A DNA stretch of 64,000 bases from the human T2T-CHM13v2.0 reference genome, Homo sapiens, in NCBI RefSeq assembly GCF_009914755.1, contig NC_060930.1, one strand, 5' to 3'. Shown in pieces: positions 1-14,745 of the stretch (its first letter is position 1; every line of letters starts with the position of its first letter). The position numbers and the translations under genes are program-made. Below the pieces are notes generated by a model that saw nothing but the letters and a program-made list of their open reading frames with translations, had not been told where the DNA came from and did no database searches.

Positions 1-1909
1 AGTTTTGGAGTGGATTTGGAACGTTTCTCGGAGGGTTAGAGGAAAATCACACCTCTCCGGAAAAGAGTCCCCATAGGTTTTCCCTTGATGCCCACGTGGG
101 AATGAAAGCAGCTTCCCATCTTTAAAAAGTTCAAAGTCTTGTGTTTTCCCCCTTCTGAGTTTGGTGTTAGTTTCCTGAGTTTCTTTGCAAAGCCAGCTGA
201 AGCGGGGGATGGATTTTCCCTAGGGCCTAGGGCGGAAAGTGTGCTCCACGGAGAGTAGGGGAAAAAAGCAGCAGTGAGGCTGTATCGATCCATCATCCCT
301 GAGTAGCACAGTGCCAGGCACTGCCTGTCAATAGCTGGGTTCCACAAACGAGTGACCACAGACAGACTGAATTTTCAGCTTTGAGCTAGCCAGGTCTCTG
401 GTTTTGTATTTTGCAGTAGAGCCAACCTACAATGTCTGGGTGGGAGGAAGATTACTGGACTCTCCCTCTGTCCTAGAAAAATGAGAAAATGAAGGGACAG
501 GGAGGAAATCTGGATGTAAAAACAGACCCACAGGAAGTTAAGATTCAGGAAGGATTTTAGAAATTATATAAATTGAACCCCAGGGAAGCTCCATAAAAGA
601 TGGAGCAGGCAGCAATGTCAGAAACAGACTCATTTAACTTCAGGAGTACGTTGTCAACTGAAGTGTAATGAAGGAGGAGGAAATCATCCCATAGGCAATG
701 TAAACAAGGGTGCATGTAAACAGGAGTGACTGGTCCCCATGAGATGCACATGCCTATGTGTTTTTACACATACATGACTGTGTGGTGATGGCCATGGCCT
801 TAGACATGGGAGGATAAATGGTCTATTTCTTCATCTGTGCTGGGAACTCCATCTAACCCCCATTTCTTCCTTTATGCAAACAACTGTGCTATTATTGTCT
901 TGCTCCCTGGTAGTTGCAAACTCTGGCTCCTAACTCCCAGCTGAGTTTTCAGAGCTTTTCCTCCAGCGCCTCGGATGCTGAGGGAATACTCGTGCCCCCA
1001 TCAGGACAAAAAGAGGAGAGAACATTCTCCTGGGCATTAGAACTTAGAGAGTCAGGGGCTCAAGAAGGCGGAGGCTGTGCAGGCAAGACCAATAGGAAGG
1101 CCTGTAAATGATTTTGTTTTTGGTGAGCGTGGAGGAAGTTGAAATACTACTGCTTGCTGTGAGAACATGTTCTCTCCCCAGTCTTCTTTCCCGACTGTCT
1201 CCAAAGTTTTTGATGCAAAACAGATTAAACTCCCCATTACTAAAGAGCCTTGGATCCAGGTGTAAAGAATGAAGATAAAGGGTAAGTACAGGCAGTAGAG
1301 AAAGCATAGAGATAATGAAAGATGAGGCTTTCTTATTTGATTTTACTAGAGCCAATGGAAGTAACAAGTTTAAATGTTCTCATTCATTTCCATTATTTAA
1401 ACATAGAAGACTACCCAGGGACAGAAGGGACCCCTCGGAACAGGATTCCCAGAAATACTCTTATCCCAGCATACAACTCCTCAGGGACAGGTGAGGGGCA
1501 AGAACTGGGTTTTCAACTCTTTCTACATGTGGGGTTTCTGGGAGTGCTGCATGTGGGATCAGTGGAGTCCTGATGCTTCTGGGCTTGTACTAGGAGACAT
1601 TTCACTATGGCCGGGATGAATTCCCAGGCCATGGATGCCTAGGCTGACATTGAAGCCTTCTCATGGCTCATTCTATCAGTTCAATCTTCTGGCCAGCTCT
1701 TTGGTCATCTTTGAGATTAGATTAAGTAGATGGGATGCATTCCAAGACATCCTTGAAGGTCCAGAGGGCAAACACAGCTGGCAGAAAGAACAAGTTGAAG
1801 GATATCCTTGGCTTTGATAGCGGATGACCCTCTAGATCTCAACAGCCAGAGACTCTGTCAAGGATCCTGTGTCATTCAGCCCTAGACTTCAGAGGCAGCC
1901 CGACAACAA

Positions 1910-2060
1910 TGGAAAGAGTGCAGATTTCTGATCAGCTGCCTGGAGAGAGAGAACTGTGACCTAAATACGAATTAGTAACCTGGGCTACATGACTTATTCC
2001 TTCTGAGCTTCAGCTTCCTCATCTGTAAAATAAGGATAGTATTTCCCTCCCCAGGTCATT
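1910..2060 (+). mobile_element. MIR
   Basis: Core CTGAGCTTCAGCTTCCTCATCTGTAAAAT. Confidence 0.8.
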
Positions 2061-4033
2061 ATGAAAACATTTATGCACAAGAACTAAGAACAGAGCTCAG
2101 AATGTTATAAGACCCTTCATAAAGGGAGTGCTGTATTTTTATTTTTCAGTTTTTCAGCCATCACAAGCCAGTATTGCTTGGAAAGAACCTCTCCCCAAAT
2201 CTAGCTACATATTTTCCATGATTGAAGGCTAGTGGGTGGAGTTTCTAGGGCTCTGATCATCCTTACTTCCTTCCTCTAGAAAAGGTGACCAATGAAGATA
2301 TTCCATGAGCATCCCTGGTCCATTATCCTGAAGTGTGGGAGAAGAAACCAGGGATCCTGGATGTCTGGCCTAGAAATCACTCTTGTGTTTGTGCTCTTTA
2401 GGGAGGGAGAAGGACAGAAGAGCAGGTTGTATAAGTATGGTGGGGAGGGGAAAGGTAGGGAGGTGGGGGTAGGGCAGGAGGGTCAAGGACCAATTGGATC
2501 TTGAAGGACAAGCCTGAGTCAGAGAGCGGGTAGGCAGCCACTCCTTGTCAAGGGTGCTCAGGTCAGAGTAATGGGGGAATCTGATGGGTTGTAAAGAATG
2601 AAAGCTTTAGTCATTGCAAACATCTCCAGTGGGTATGGGGTGGGAGGCTGCCCCCTGAACCCTGATTGATACATTATCCAAGGGAGTGACTACTCCAAAG
2701 GAACAAAGGAACATCTGATGTTAGAGAGCAGCTGCAGGTCCTCTTGGCCCATCTCAAAGCTTGTAAGTTATCCTTCAAGTTGACATTTAAGATTTTGAAG
2801 ATCACATTTGTTTTTGTTTTGTTCAAGCTCTCTCTTTAACCATGGCCTGGGATGACTTTTAAGCTTTTAAGAGGCTCAACCAGTGGTCAACTTCTCTTGA
2901 GATGGCCCAGAGCGGGGGTCAGTGAATTCCTCACTCTTGGCAGCATCTATTTCTCCAACTCTCTCCACATTTTTTGGTTTGTTTTTTGTTTCATTATGAG
3001 GTTCTAAAACTGCACAGTCAAGATGCTGTGGGGGGAGGAAGTAAGTGCCTGTTCTTGGAACCTGTGCAGCGTTATGCTAGCACTGGCCAAGACTTATCAG
3101 ACTATGGTTATTAATAGGTGTTATGGGTTTCTTTCTGGGGTCCCCCTCCAAAAAAAAAAAAAAAAAAAACCTGTAAAAAAAAATGAACTTTAGGCAGTTT
3201 GATGTCTCTTTCAATCCTGGCCAAAGAGGAGCTGAATTATTTGTGGTACATCCTATGGTTCCAAGGAAGAGCTTTAGAATCAAGCAGACAGAGATTTGAG
3301 TTCTGGCACCACCAGGTCACAAGCTTGCTAACCTCTCTGAGTCTTCTTTATCTGTTAAATGAGAACAATAACTATTCTCATTCCCCAGGGTTGTTCTGAA
3401 AATGAAATGGAATGATATAAGGGAAGAAGCTAGCAAACTGCTCAGTAAAATGTTAATGCCATTCCCCTCTCCAGTTCTAAGTCCGTGAAAATACATGGGT
3501 TTAGACATTTGTCCACAGGTCAAAGTAAATAAGCCACTTATTCAAGGATTAACAACTGTGCTTGGAGGTCAGATATCTCAGCCTGGAGATGGAGACCCTT
3601 TATACAAAAGTGGGGCACAGAACAGTGCTCCCCATGCCAAGCAAATGGCAGCCCCATGTGACCCTCTATTGGAATAAAGGAAAGGCCACTAGCTCACTCA
3701 CCCATGAATTTGGGCTATTTAGTGAGCTCTCCATAGAGCTTGTTTAAAAAGCTCAAATACTGTCCTGAGAATCAAGGTCAAACTGAGGACAGAAATCATT
3801 GAGGCAGTACCTAACATTAAAATCTAATAATGATGTCACAATGACAGCAGTATTTTAAATTTATATAACATTGTATCATTTGAAAGGTACATTGTCTCAT
3901 TTAAACATCGTTGACCATCATATGAGATTGATATTAACCACATTTCACAGCCCAAATTCTGAGGACTTAAAAAACTTACCATATTTCACACCTTAAGTAA
4001 GTGGAATAAACAGAAAACAAACTGTTCCCCAAG

Positions 4034-4205
4034 CAGTGGGTCTCAACCCTGGCTGCACATTAGAACCACTTGGGGGAGCTTGTAAAAGTATCAATGCTTG
4101 GGCCCACCCCAGATCAATTTAATTAGACTCCTTGGGAATGGAACCTAGGCGTCCACAGTTCTGTAAGCTTCCCAGGTGATCTGAAGTCTAAGCTGAGAAT
4201 CACTG
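4034..4205. mobile_element. MER5B-like hAT-Charlie MITE
   Basis: TIRs CAGTGGGTCTCAAC ... TGAGAATCACTG. Confidence 0.8.
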
Positions 4206-4429
4206 GTCTAAGAGGAGTGAAAAGCACCAAAGTTAGGACCCAGGATACCAGGCATGGGAAAAAGAAACAGCCAAGACTTTGCTAGGATTTAAGCCCTATG
4301 AGGGTGCAGACTTCGTATGGTTCTCCCTGTATCCCTGGAGCCTAGGAGAGTGCCAGCTACAAGGTAAGTGCTCAATAAACATTGGGTAGATGAACAAATG
4401 AACAAGATACCATAGATTAGAAGTTGTCA

Positions 4430-4636
4430 ATTTCAACAGTGAAACCCAGCTTGTCATCTTGTTTTATAGATAAAGTTTTATTGGAACACAGCCATCTCTG
4501 TTCATTTGTGCTTTGCCTATGGCTGCTTTCGTGCTGCAATGGCAGAGTTGAGTAGATGTGACAGAGACTGCATGGCCTACAAAGCTGAAAACATTTACCA
4601 TCTAGCATTTCACAGGAAAGGTTTGCTGGCTCCTGC
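4430..4636 (+). mobile_element. MER58A hAT MITE
   Basis: TAAAGTTTTATTGGAACACAGCC..GCAGAGTTGAGTAG..GGTTTGCTGGCTCCTG. Confidence 0.85.
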
Positions 4637-4689
4637 TCTGGATCCCAGACATGAACAGAGCAAGTATAGTAGCTTAGGGAAGGTCATTA

Positions 4690-4870
4690 CTGCATGGTTG
4701 TTAAGAATATGGGTTCTAGAATCAGATAAACCTATGTATGATTCCTGGAACACTTACCTATTAAAAGAGCTTGCAAATTATTTCACCTTTCTGATTCTCA
4801 GTTTTCGCATCTGAAAAGTGGGGATGATAATAAAATACCTCCCTCATAGGATGACTGTGAGGGTTGTCAG
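4690..4870 (+). mobile_element. MIR
   Basis: Core CTCAGTTTTCGCATCTGAAAAGTGGGGATGATAATA. Confidence 0.8.
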
Positions 4871-7139
4871 CCCCTGGCGGAGAGTAACATTAGCTATAGC
4901 TATGGTAGTTGCTGTAGTTACTAGCAATCAGCCACATAGAGAACTAACTAGACAAAAGTCAAAATCTAAATCCAGTATCACAAGGTAGATCAAGGGATGA
5001 AGTAGGAAAAAATAGGCAGTCAGTAAGCTTGTGTGAAGAAAGACTAATGTGAGGTTTCTGAGATAAATGGTGTCCTTTTAAGACAACACAGATCAGGCCC
5101 CAGGAAGTGTGAGTGAGGTGCTTTTGTATGACCAATTGCTGTGTCGGCCAGCAATCCCCATCAGTCCTCAAGGGTTAACTTAAGTTTCATTGCACCAAAT
5201 CTAGTCTCAAGAACAGTGCACCTGTATACATAGTTCTTTCTACCTGAAAGTCCTTGCCTCAGTCCTGGTCTTCCTGATCTACTCATCCTCCAAGGCCTGC
5301 TCAGGTGTCCCTTTTTTTCTCAAATTCCCTCTACAAGGCTCATTCCAACCCCCTTTTCCTCCTTATTCCCTTGAACCTGGCACACAACTCTGTCATCACA
5401 TTGAACACATTGCATTACCGTCGAGGAAGGACCAAGTCTCCTTCATGCTTTCTACATGTTTACAGCTCATAAAAGTCAAATTGCATTGTAGAATCGACGC
5501 CTGGAAGCCAAACCATATCAACTAGGCCCTTAATCCAAGGCAATCATGTCTGAGTTTGAGGAATGAGTAGGACTTGCCCAGGTGTGATGGGCTTGCAAGA
5601 GCTAGTCTCCATAACCAGAGGGGCAGGAGCTACCCAGTTTATCGACTATGTGGATACTTTGTGTCCTCGTCTCCCCACTGTTTGGTGGCTCCTGCCCTCC
5701 ACAACACTTCTAGGGGGTAGCCAGAGACAGGGAAAGATGGAAGAAACTTAAAACCAACTCTTTGATTTCTTGTCAGCAGATGTGGTGAAAAGTCGGGTTT
5801 TGTCTTCTGTAGGCTTTTCATGGATATGTGCCAAGATAATTGGGAGTTGATTTGGTATGTGCCAAGAGAATTGGGATTTGGCTCTTTCGTTAGCACCGTA
5901 ATAGAAATATGGCCACAAATAATAGCAAACAAATAATGCACAGTTTTGCTGTTTGACTACAGAATGTGTTGCATAATTTTTATAGACTTTAGTGGCAGAC
6001 TTATTTTGGTGGCAGATATATATTGTGTGTGGAATAATGTAAAAATGAAGTTCTATTCTGATGGTGAAGGGGAGGGCACAGAAAACTCTTCACCTTGAGT
6101 TAAATATTTCTTTTGATCCTCCCCAAATGAACGATTGGGAGCTGCCTCCTAAGAGGGGCAGGAGGAGAGGAAATGAAATACTATTTATCTATATGCTCCA
6201 CTATACATGACACTAGGCAGGTCATTTTAAAAAATATATTCTTCATTTGATTTTTCCATATTATGAAGGTAATTCTTTCTTGCTTAAGCAAGTGAATTAA
6301 TATCATGCAAAGATATATAAAGACAAGTAGAAATGTATTCACCCCCTTCTACACCCTGGTAATTAATGTTAATAGCCTAGTAATATATCCTGCTGTAACT
6401 TCATTTGTCCATACAAATACCTACTGGTGTGTATACAGGATGGAGGTATTTTGCCTGAGTATTTTTCACTGAAAGGGAATCTTATAGTACATGTTACTCT
6501 GTAGCATACTTTTCTTTCCCTTGACCATATGTCAAGGTCATCCTTACACTGGATGTAACTCATTTTTATTTTTTCTGATGTCTTTATGCCTAGACTTACA
6601 CAGCTTTACATATTTGGGATCACATTGTTCCTGGTGAGGTGGTCATTTTGTCATCAGTCAGCTATTAAGTGTGGTTTCTTTCTGGATGATCACTAGATTG
6701 GGTCTCTGAGCTGCCAGATCAAGCATCATCCATCACCCAGGCAAGCTTTGCTTTGTCTCTTAGGCTGCGTGACGGATGTACACAGCCTGCTGACCACCCT
6801 GGGGTGTGACTACCTGGTGTGTGTGGCCTCCTTGTGTCTCCTGGGCCTGGGGTAGCTATCAGGCATCAGGCCCCTATGACTGCCCTTCCTGCTCATCAGA
6901 GTTAGGCTTACCTCCTTGGAGCTCCTTAATTACTGAATATGCGGGAAACATAGCAGGATGATCAATGAGATTGGAGAACAGTTTTGATGGAGCAAATCGG
7001 GCAGCATAGTATAATGGCCAAGCATGTGGGCCCTGCACTCAACTTGCCTGGCTGGGTCCACATCCCTGTGTAGTGGACACTGGGCTGTGCTCTCTGACCC
7101 CTTTGAGGACTGAGTCCCCAGCTGCAGGGAGTGCTGGAC

Positions 7140-7490
7140 ATGGTTAGCCTTTTTGGAACAGCCCCGGCTAAAGAGACTTGCTGTGTCAGGCACTCCTGTC
7201 CATGCTCCTCTCCTGGGTCACCCTGAAACCAATGATGGTGGGGAGCTGTGACTACCTGGCCCCTCTGCCGCAATGTGGGACAATTCTAACGGGCGTGCCA
7301 GCTTCAGGGCTCCCTGTGGGTTTGGCGGAGGCCTTAGCTGAGGCTACATCAGAGCTTCATTTCTCCCTCTGCCCAGTGCTGCCTCCAACCTGCCCTCCTG
7401 CCTGGAGGACTTGACTCGAGGAACCCTTCCTAACAAGCCTGCTGCCCACTGTACTCCATCCCAGAGTCTGCATCCCAAGAAGAAACCCTA
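7140..7490 (+). mobile_element. LTR16-family (ERVL) LTR remnant
   Basis: GGGACAATTCT..CAGGGCTCCCTGTGGG..CTCCATCCCAGAGTCTGC. Confidence 0.65.
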
Positions 7491-8794
7491 CCTACTTTGC
7501 CATTTAATAACTTGCCCAACAAGTTATGAACCTTGTCTGGGCTTCAGTTTTCTTATCTGTCAAATGGAGATAATAACATTTCCTTCCTCATGGGGTTGTT
7601 GAGACAATTAAATGGGAAGATGCATGTTAAGTCCCTGGCACAGTACCTGGAAAAATGCTACAAGTTTTAGCAATTTTATATAAAATCGTTTTAGAGGAGT
7701 TCATTATTTTCTAGGTAATTGTTGGTAGCTATGTCAGGATATGAAAAAGTACATTTTTCCCCCTGTGCTTTGTGTGGTTTTTAGGCAACCCTCAACTGAT
7801 TTCTCTACAAATAGAGCTGTGGCAAAACTGGGCAGACTGAGTGAATGTCTTGACTTTTATTGGCAAATTTGCTTTTGTTCCCCAACCCCATGCTAATCTG
7901 AGGGGTGTGGATGTATCTGGGTGGAAGCATAATGAGATGGCCTTGTTGCCGACCTGCCTGGAGACAAGGGGCTGGACAAGTTGACTTTTGGGAATTCCTC
8001 TCTACCTCACCTGTGCTTCTGCAGTATGAAGGGGGTGGTCCCAAGGGACCCTGCTGGCCCACTGGGAGCCGCCATCCTGCCTGCGTGCTTATTCATGTCA
8101 TGACTGCATGGCTGTCTGCCAAATCTGATTCCTCCCGATGGGTGTTTGTTGCTTGCTCCTTTGTCCCAAGCACAGGCGGTCTTTGGTGCTGTGCTTTGAA
8201 CATTCTGCCTTTCAGGTTATGTACACCCATTGTCCATCCAGAATGCCAAAGCAAAGCTTGCCTGTGTGATGAATGCTTGATCCGCCAGACTCCGGGATCC
8301 AGACTCACAGCTCATGTCTGACCACATTCCCGGGGGGTCAGTGTCAACACTCCCTTCCTTGTTTCCTCCCAGACACCAAAGCCCCCTGCCTCCAAGTTCC
8401 CTTGACCAGGGCAGGGAGGGGAGAAAGTGATTCCAGGTCAGTGGGAAGATACGTCAATATTTTCACAGTGCCAGAGGCAGCTCTGAAGTTATTTTGAAAC
8501 AAATTCAGAGTTTCTGTGGACTTTGGGCTGCAGAAGGATCAAGCTATTATAACTCTCTATTTCTTTTGTAATCTCTGTCAGTGTATTAATCAGACTGTTC
8601 CCCACCAGGAAGCATTGCACTAGCAGCTGCCCAGAGATAGTTAGGAACTGCTCGGCCCTTCCAAGACACAAAGTCAATAAGTTACCATCCTCGCTGCCCT
8701 GAACAGAGGTAATGTTATCGATGTCTGTGGCTGCCTAAATGGAAGCTGAGGCTGACAGCTGATAAACAGACCAGGTTTCTCAACTGTTAGAGGC

Positions 8795-9040
8795 AGCATA
8801 AAGCTGTTTTTCAGAGCACAGGCCCTGGATTCAGATGGCCTGGATTCTGATTCTGGCTCCACTTCTTGCTAGCTGTGTGACCTTGCACAAGTTACTTTAT
8901 CTCTCTGTGCCTTAGTTTCCTCATCTGCAAAGCAGATTGTTTTGGAGGTAAAGTTAATACATTACTTGGTTAAAAAAAAAGAAAAAAGAAAGTCCTTGAA
9001 ATCATGTCTGGCACATAGTAAGCACTAAGAAATGTTAGTG
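8795..9040 (+). mobile_element. MIR
   Basis: GCTGTGTGACCTTGCACAAGTTACTT..CCTTAGTTTCCTCATCTG..GGCACATAGTAAGCACT. Confidence 0.85.
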
Positions 9041-9269
9041 AGGATGAAGATGATGATGGTGGTGGTGGTGGTGAAGATAGTAGAGAACAGAGAGTGCATC
9101 TCATTAGCTGTTTCCCCAGCATCCTGCATAGTGTCTGGCACAGAGTTAGGTCTCAAGAAACATTTATTAAATAATACATCCCAGTGCCTTTTGCTGTCTA
9201 CTGCCTACCTAGTCCACTCAACTCTCTACCAAAGAAAGAAATATACTTTCCATTAAAAATTTTTATTTT

Positions 9270-9815
9270 GTCTTAACTTTTTATTGAAGCCCAACATAAA
9301 TCAGAAAAAATACACAATTTTTGAGGATGTAGCTCAATATATTTCCATAAACTGAACATCCACCACCCCAGCCCTGCCCAAGAAGCCCCCTCGTGCCCCT
9401 CTCTGGTTACTACCCTTCCATGATCCTGACTTCTAGCACCATAGATTAGTTTTGCCTTTTCCTGCTCTTCATATAAATGGAATCATACAGTGGGTGCTTA
9501 TTTGTGTCTGGCTTCATTTGCTCAGCATTTTGTTGTTGTGTAGATCATTCATTCTCATTGTTGCGTAGTAGTCCATTATGTGAATACAACATACTTTACT
9601 TTTTCCATTTTTCTGTTGATGGGCATTTGAGTGGTGTCAAGTCTGGGGCTGTTGTGAGTAGCCTTGCTGTGAACATTTGTGCACTTTTAGGTGAACACAT
9701 GAATGCATTTTTCTTGGTATATTCCTGGGAGTAGAATTGCTAGAGCCTTCAGCATGCATATGTTCAGCTTTAGGAGGTATGGCCAAAGTTTTATAAATGA
9801 GTTGTGCCATGTTTT
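9270..9815 (-). mobile_element. Old L1M (MB/ME-like) 3' fragment
   Basis: TAGATTAGTTTTGCC..ATATAAATGGAATCATACAG..GTTGATGGGCATTTG..GAGTAGAATTGCT. Confidence 0.85.
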
Positions 9816-9974
9816 GCATATTCTTGACAGATGAAGAAGCTGTTCCAACTCAATAGTGCAGAGGCTTGACAGTGATATACAGGGATTCCTGAGACGTTCA
9901 CAGCTCCCAGGCTCTTTCTAGCTGAGAGTTCACATGTTCTAGAAAGTCTGCTGGGGTAGGTAGTCCTCTAAGAA

Positions 9975-10190
9975 GCAGGCAGTGTGCCAGGCATTTTCGC
10001 TTACACTGTTTCACCAAATCCTCACAGCAATCCCATGAGACGGGGAGTGGGAGTATCACTCCCTTTTCACAGATGAGGAGACTGAGGCTCAGATGAGGAA
10101 ACTTGAGAGACTTGCCTAAGATGTTAGAAGCAGAAACTGTCAGGGTCAGAATATAAAACAGGGATGCCCGAATCTGAAGCTCATGCATAT
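9975..10190 (-). mobile_element. MIR
   Basis: TTTTCACAGATGAGGAGACTGAGGCTCAGA. Confidence 0.8.
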
Positions 10191-10413
10191 TGGATCCCAT
10201 GGTGACTCGCTTTAGCCTCAGTGCTAACACTGGAAGGAAACACAGACACAGACTTGGGTGCTGTCCCCCTAGAACCTGTGCAGGCTGTGGGGTGGGGGCT
10301 GTGAGGAGAAGTCCTGTAAAGAGGAACAGACATAAGCAACTCAGTGACCTTGGGAAGCCAAATTGTTTTCCTGCCCAGGGGCTGCTGGAGAGTCATGAAT
10401 TTCCTGGAAGGCA

Positions 10414-10543
10414 AAGGCGACCATATAATTTACTTTCTAAACCAGGACTCTCAAGAGTGAAAGGGGCATTAACTGGATGGGACACTGGAGGGAATAGTCA
10501 CAGACTGAGACTGTCCTGGGCAGCCTGGGACAATGCTCACCCT
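10414..10543. mobile_element. MER94 (hAT-Blackjack MITE)
   Basis: GGCGACCATATAATTTA..AAACCAGGAC..GAGTGAAAGGGG..GCTCACCCT. Confidence 0.8.
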
Positions 10544-11046
10544 CTGGAAGTCTGTGTGGGCATTGCTGTCCTGGTCAGTGGGGCTGTGTGGGTTATTTTT
10601 AACTCTTTCAGAGCACTGTCTGTCTGGAGTTTGGCCTGATGTGGCATCCTCCCCAGCCTCCTCTGTTTATGGGAAGAGTCTGGCAGAGCCTGGCTTTTTT
10701 CTTCCCCTTTCCACACCATTTCCTGTTCAAATGGCGCTCTGACGAGGTGAGCTTCTTTTCTCAGATTCAGTTGCTGTTGAGACTATTCTGTTAACAGATT
10801 TGATACTCCTAGAAGGTTAGGACTGTGCCTAAGTCACTGCAGTGTTTACAGTGTCTGGTGGCAGACACAGAGTTAGCGCTCAGGGGATACTTGTTGACTG
10901 TATGTATCAATTATCCCTGTGTGTATTCATTTACTCAGTCACTAGCTCACTCATTCATTCATAGTCCATAAACAAGAACTTGGTTTAGATTCTTTCCTTT
11001 TTTTCTGAGCTGACGCCTATTGCACTGGTCCAGAAAGAGAGATCAG

Positions 11047-11049
<3 letters not shown>

Positions 11050-11087
<38 letters not shown>

Positions 11088-11111
11088 CATGCATGCGCAC
11101 ATACACATACA
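11050..11111. repeat. (TG)n microsatellite continuing as perfect purine/pyrimidine alternation
   Basis: (TG)17 then TATGCATGCATGCGCACATACACATACA. Confidence 0.95.
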
Positions 11112-11719
11112 AAGGACAAAGAATAAAAGGGATCAACTTAATTAGTAACAAAAGATGTGGTATCATGGGACTTGGTGTCAGGACTTAGGTTTGAATTCCA
11201 GCCTTCCACTAATTAGCTGCACCGCCATAGATGAGCTTCTGAGCATTTCTAGTCATGTGTGAAATGGAAATGACAGTAATACTGGTGGTACCAGATTGAA
11301 GTGAGCCGGAAGGTGTAAAGTATATGAAAAGTGCTTGGCACACTGCAAAGTGCTGTGTAAGTCTTATTTGTTAATGCTTGTGGTCACTCAACAAACATCT
11401 GGGAAGCTGCCTGGTATGAGACACTGTGTGCTGAGTCAGGTGTTGTGGAGTGAATTCTGGTGAGCAAAATTCCCGCCCACCTCCAGAGCTCCAGTCTGTT
11501 AAAGTGAGGTTGACTGCATATGAGCCAAACCCCTGTGACTGGGAATTTTTATTAATAAGAAAGGAATCAGCAAATTCCTCCAAGGCCCTAAGGATTTGAT
11601 GTGGGTTTCCAAGATAAGGATGCAAAGGATAATTAATTTCTTATTAAGCCCACAGCTGCATTTTCACCAGAACAACAGCAAGAAGCATCTAAGGGCTTGT
11701 GTGCTTCCAGGAGAAGTTT

Positions 11720-11948
11720 TGGTATAGCACAGTGATTTCTAGTGCAGATTCCGGGAGTCAAACTAGTGGGACCTAAATTCAAATTTCACCACTTGCTAGG
11801 AGTGTAGTCTTGGAAACTGAGCCTCAGATTCCTCATCTGTAAAATGGTGATGGTAATGATACCTACTCCCAAATGAGGATAAAATTAATATATGTAAAAT
11901 ACTTAGAACAGTGCCTGGAACATAGTATGTACTCCATAAATATTTATT
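11720..11948 (+). mobile_element. MIR
   Basis: CTGAGCCTCAGATTCCTCATCTGTAAAATGG..CTTAGAACAGTGCCTGG. Confidence 0.85.
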
Positions 11949-12083
11949 ATTATTTGCCACATAGTTTTCTTTCCATTGGAATGCTAGGTATTATACTACA
12001 TGGTGTTACTGCAACACATGGATGAGGAAATATTCTGAGTTGGGGGAAGTCAGGGAAGGTTTCATGGGAAAGAAGTATCCTAA

Positions 12084-12382
<299 letters not shown>

Positions 12383-13269
12383 CCTAAGGTATTTTTAAGG
12401 TATCTTTTATAACCTGAACAAGACTGGCTTATTTCTACCATTACGCTGTTCTTAAAGCTCAGAGAAAATTCAGTGTGGAAGAATTTCCTTCCCTTAAGAA
12501 ACATAAATCAAATGCCTCCTGAAATTTTGAAGTTGAATAACATGTGGTCCTTACTCTCAAGCATTTCCAAACTAGTTGATCTATTTTGCCACCATCCTTG
12601 AGCCAGAGACAGGGGACATATAGATGAGTCCTCAAGGTACTCAGCAATGTCATGGGGGAAGGATCTAGAAGTGAAGATTATTGCTATAAGAGGGAGATGC
12701 TCAAAGTGGATGGAAATTAAACAAGTCCGTCTTGCTCAGAATGTAAAAGATATTTGAAAAATATCTTAGGATGCCTCTTTCTCATTTAAGAGTATTTGGG
12801 AGTAGAAGGACATTGTGGAGTCTCCTTCCAGGTATGTTATTAGAGGAGCCATTTCATCTGTTGATATGGTCAATACGTGGTGCTTCTTGCAGTAGGAAGA
12901 TGGACAAATGGTTCCTTTGATTCCTCCAGCCTATCTGCTATACCCATATAGCTATGTGCCTTGAAGGTGAAGGGTATGATGAAATCATTCAGAGCTGCTC
13001 CTAGACAATGACAACAAGGTCTAAAAAGTGCATTCCCCACATTGCCCAGGAATGGCTGGAATTTCTGCTTCATGTGATTTATCTCTAATATTATGGCTTA
13101 TTTAAAAAAAAATCCCTGTCTCATAGCCAGGATGCAAAAGGGAGTCTTCCCTCTGCCTCCATCCTCAACCCTTCTTTCCTCTGCAAGTTTTCCAGTGAGG
13201 AATTAAAATAAAAAATCCTTTAGTGTCTTAAAGCATGTAAATGTAATGCTAACATTAAAATGATGCCAT

Positions 13270-14410
<1,141 letters not shown>

Positions 14411-14691
14411 TTAAAAACTAGGCACAGACTCCTAGTTCATCTCCCTTGACCATTGGTGAGTAGTTATGCTGAAGAGTGAACAGGAAGCTGTCTCCTATTG
14501 GCTGTAGGTCCATCTGGAAAATTTCAGGTAGATGTGACATCTCCAAATAGGCTCTTCTCCAAACATCTATATCTCATGTGCACATGGTAATCACTGTTTT
14601 TGACCTTTTTTTTTTTTTTTTCTAATTTGCGGATTTGTTGGGATCATATTTTGATATACTGGTGGAGATGCCAAATAGGGTCGTAGTAGTA

Positions 14692-14745
14692 TAGGTTGGT
14701 CCAAAAATTATGGCAAAAACCATGATTACTTTTGCACCAACCTAA
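14692..14745. mobile_element. Internally deleted MADE1 (Hsmar1 MITE)
   Basis: TAGGTTGGTCCAAAA ... ATGGCAAAAACCATGATTACTTTTGCACCAACCTAA, flanked by TA. Confidence 0.9.

Noticed and set aside
14692-14745. miR-548-type miRNA gene
   Set aside because: The left MADE1 arm is deleted, leaving too short a stem.
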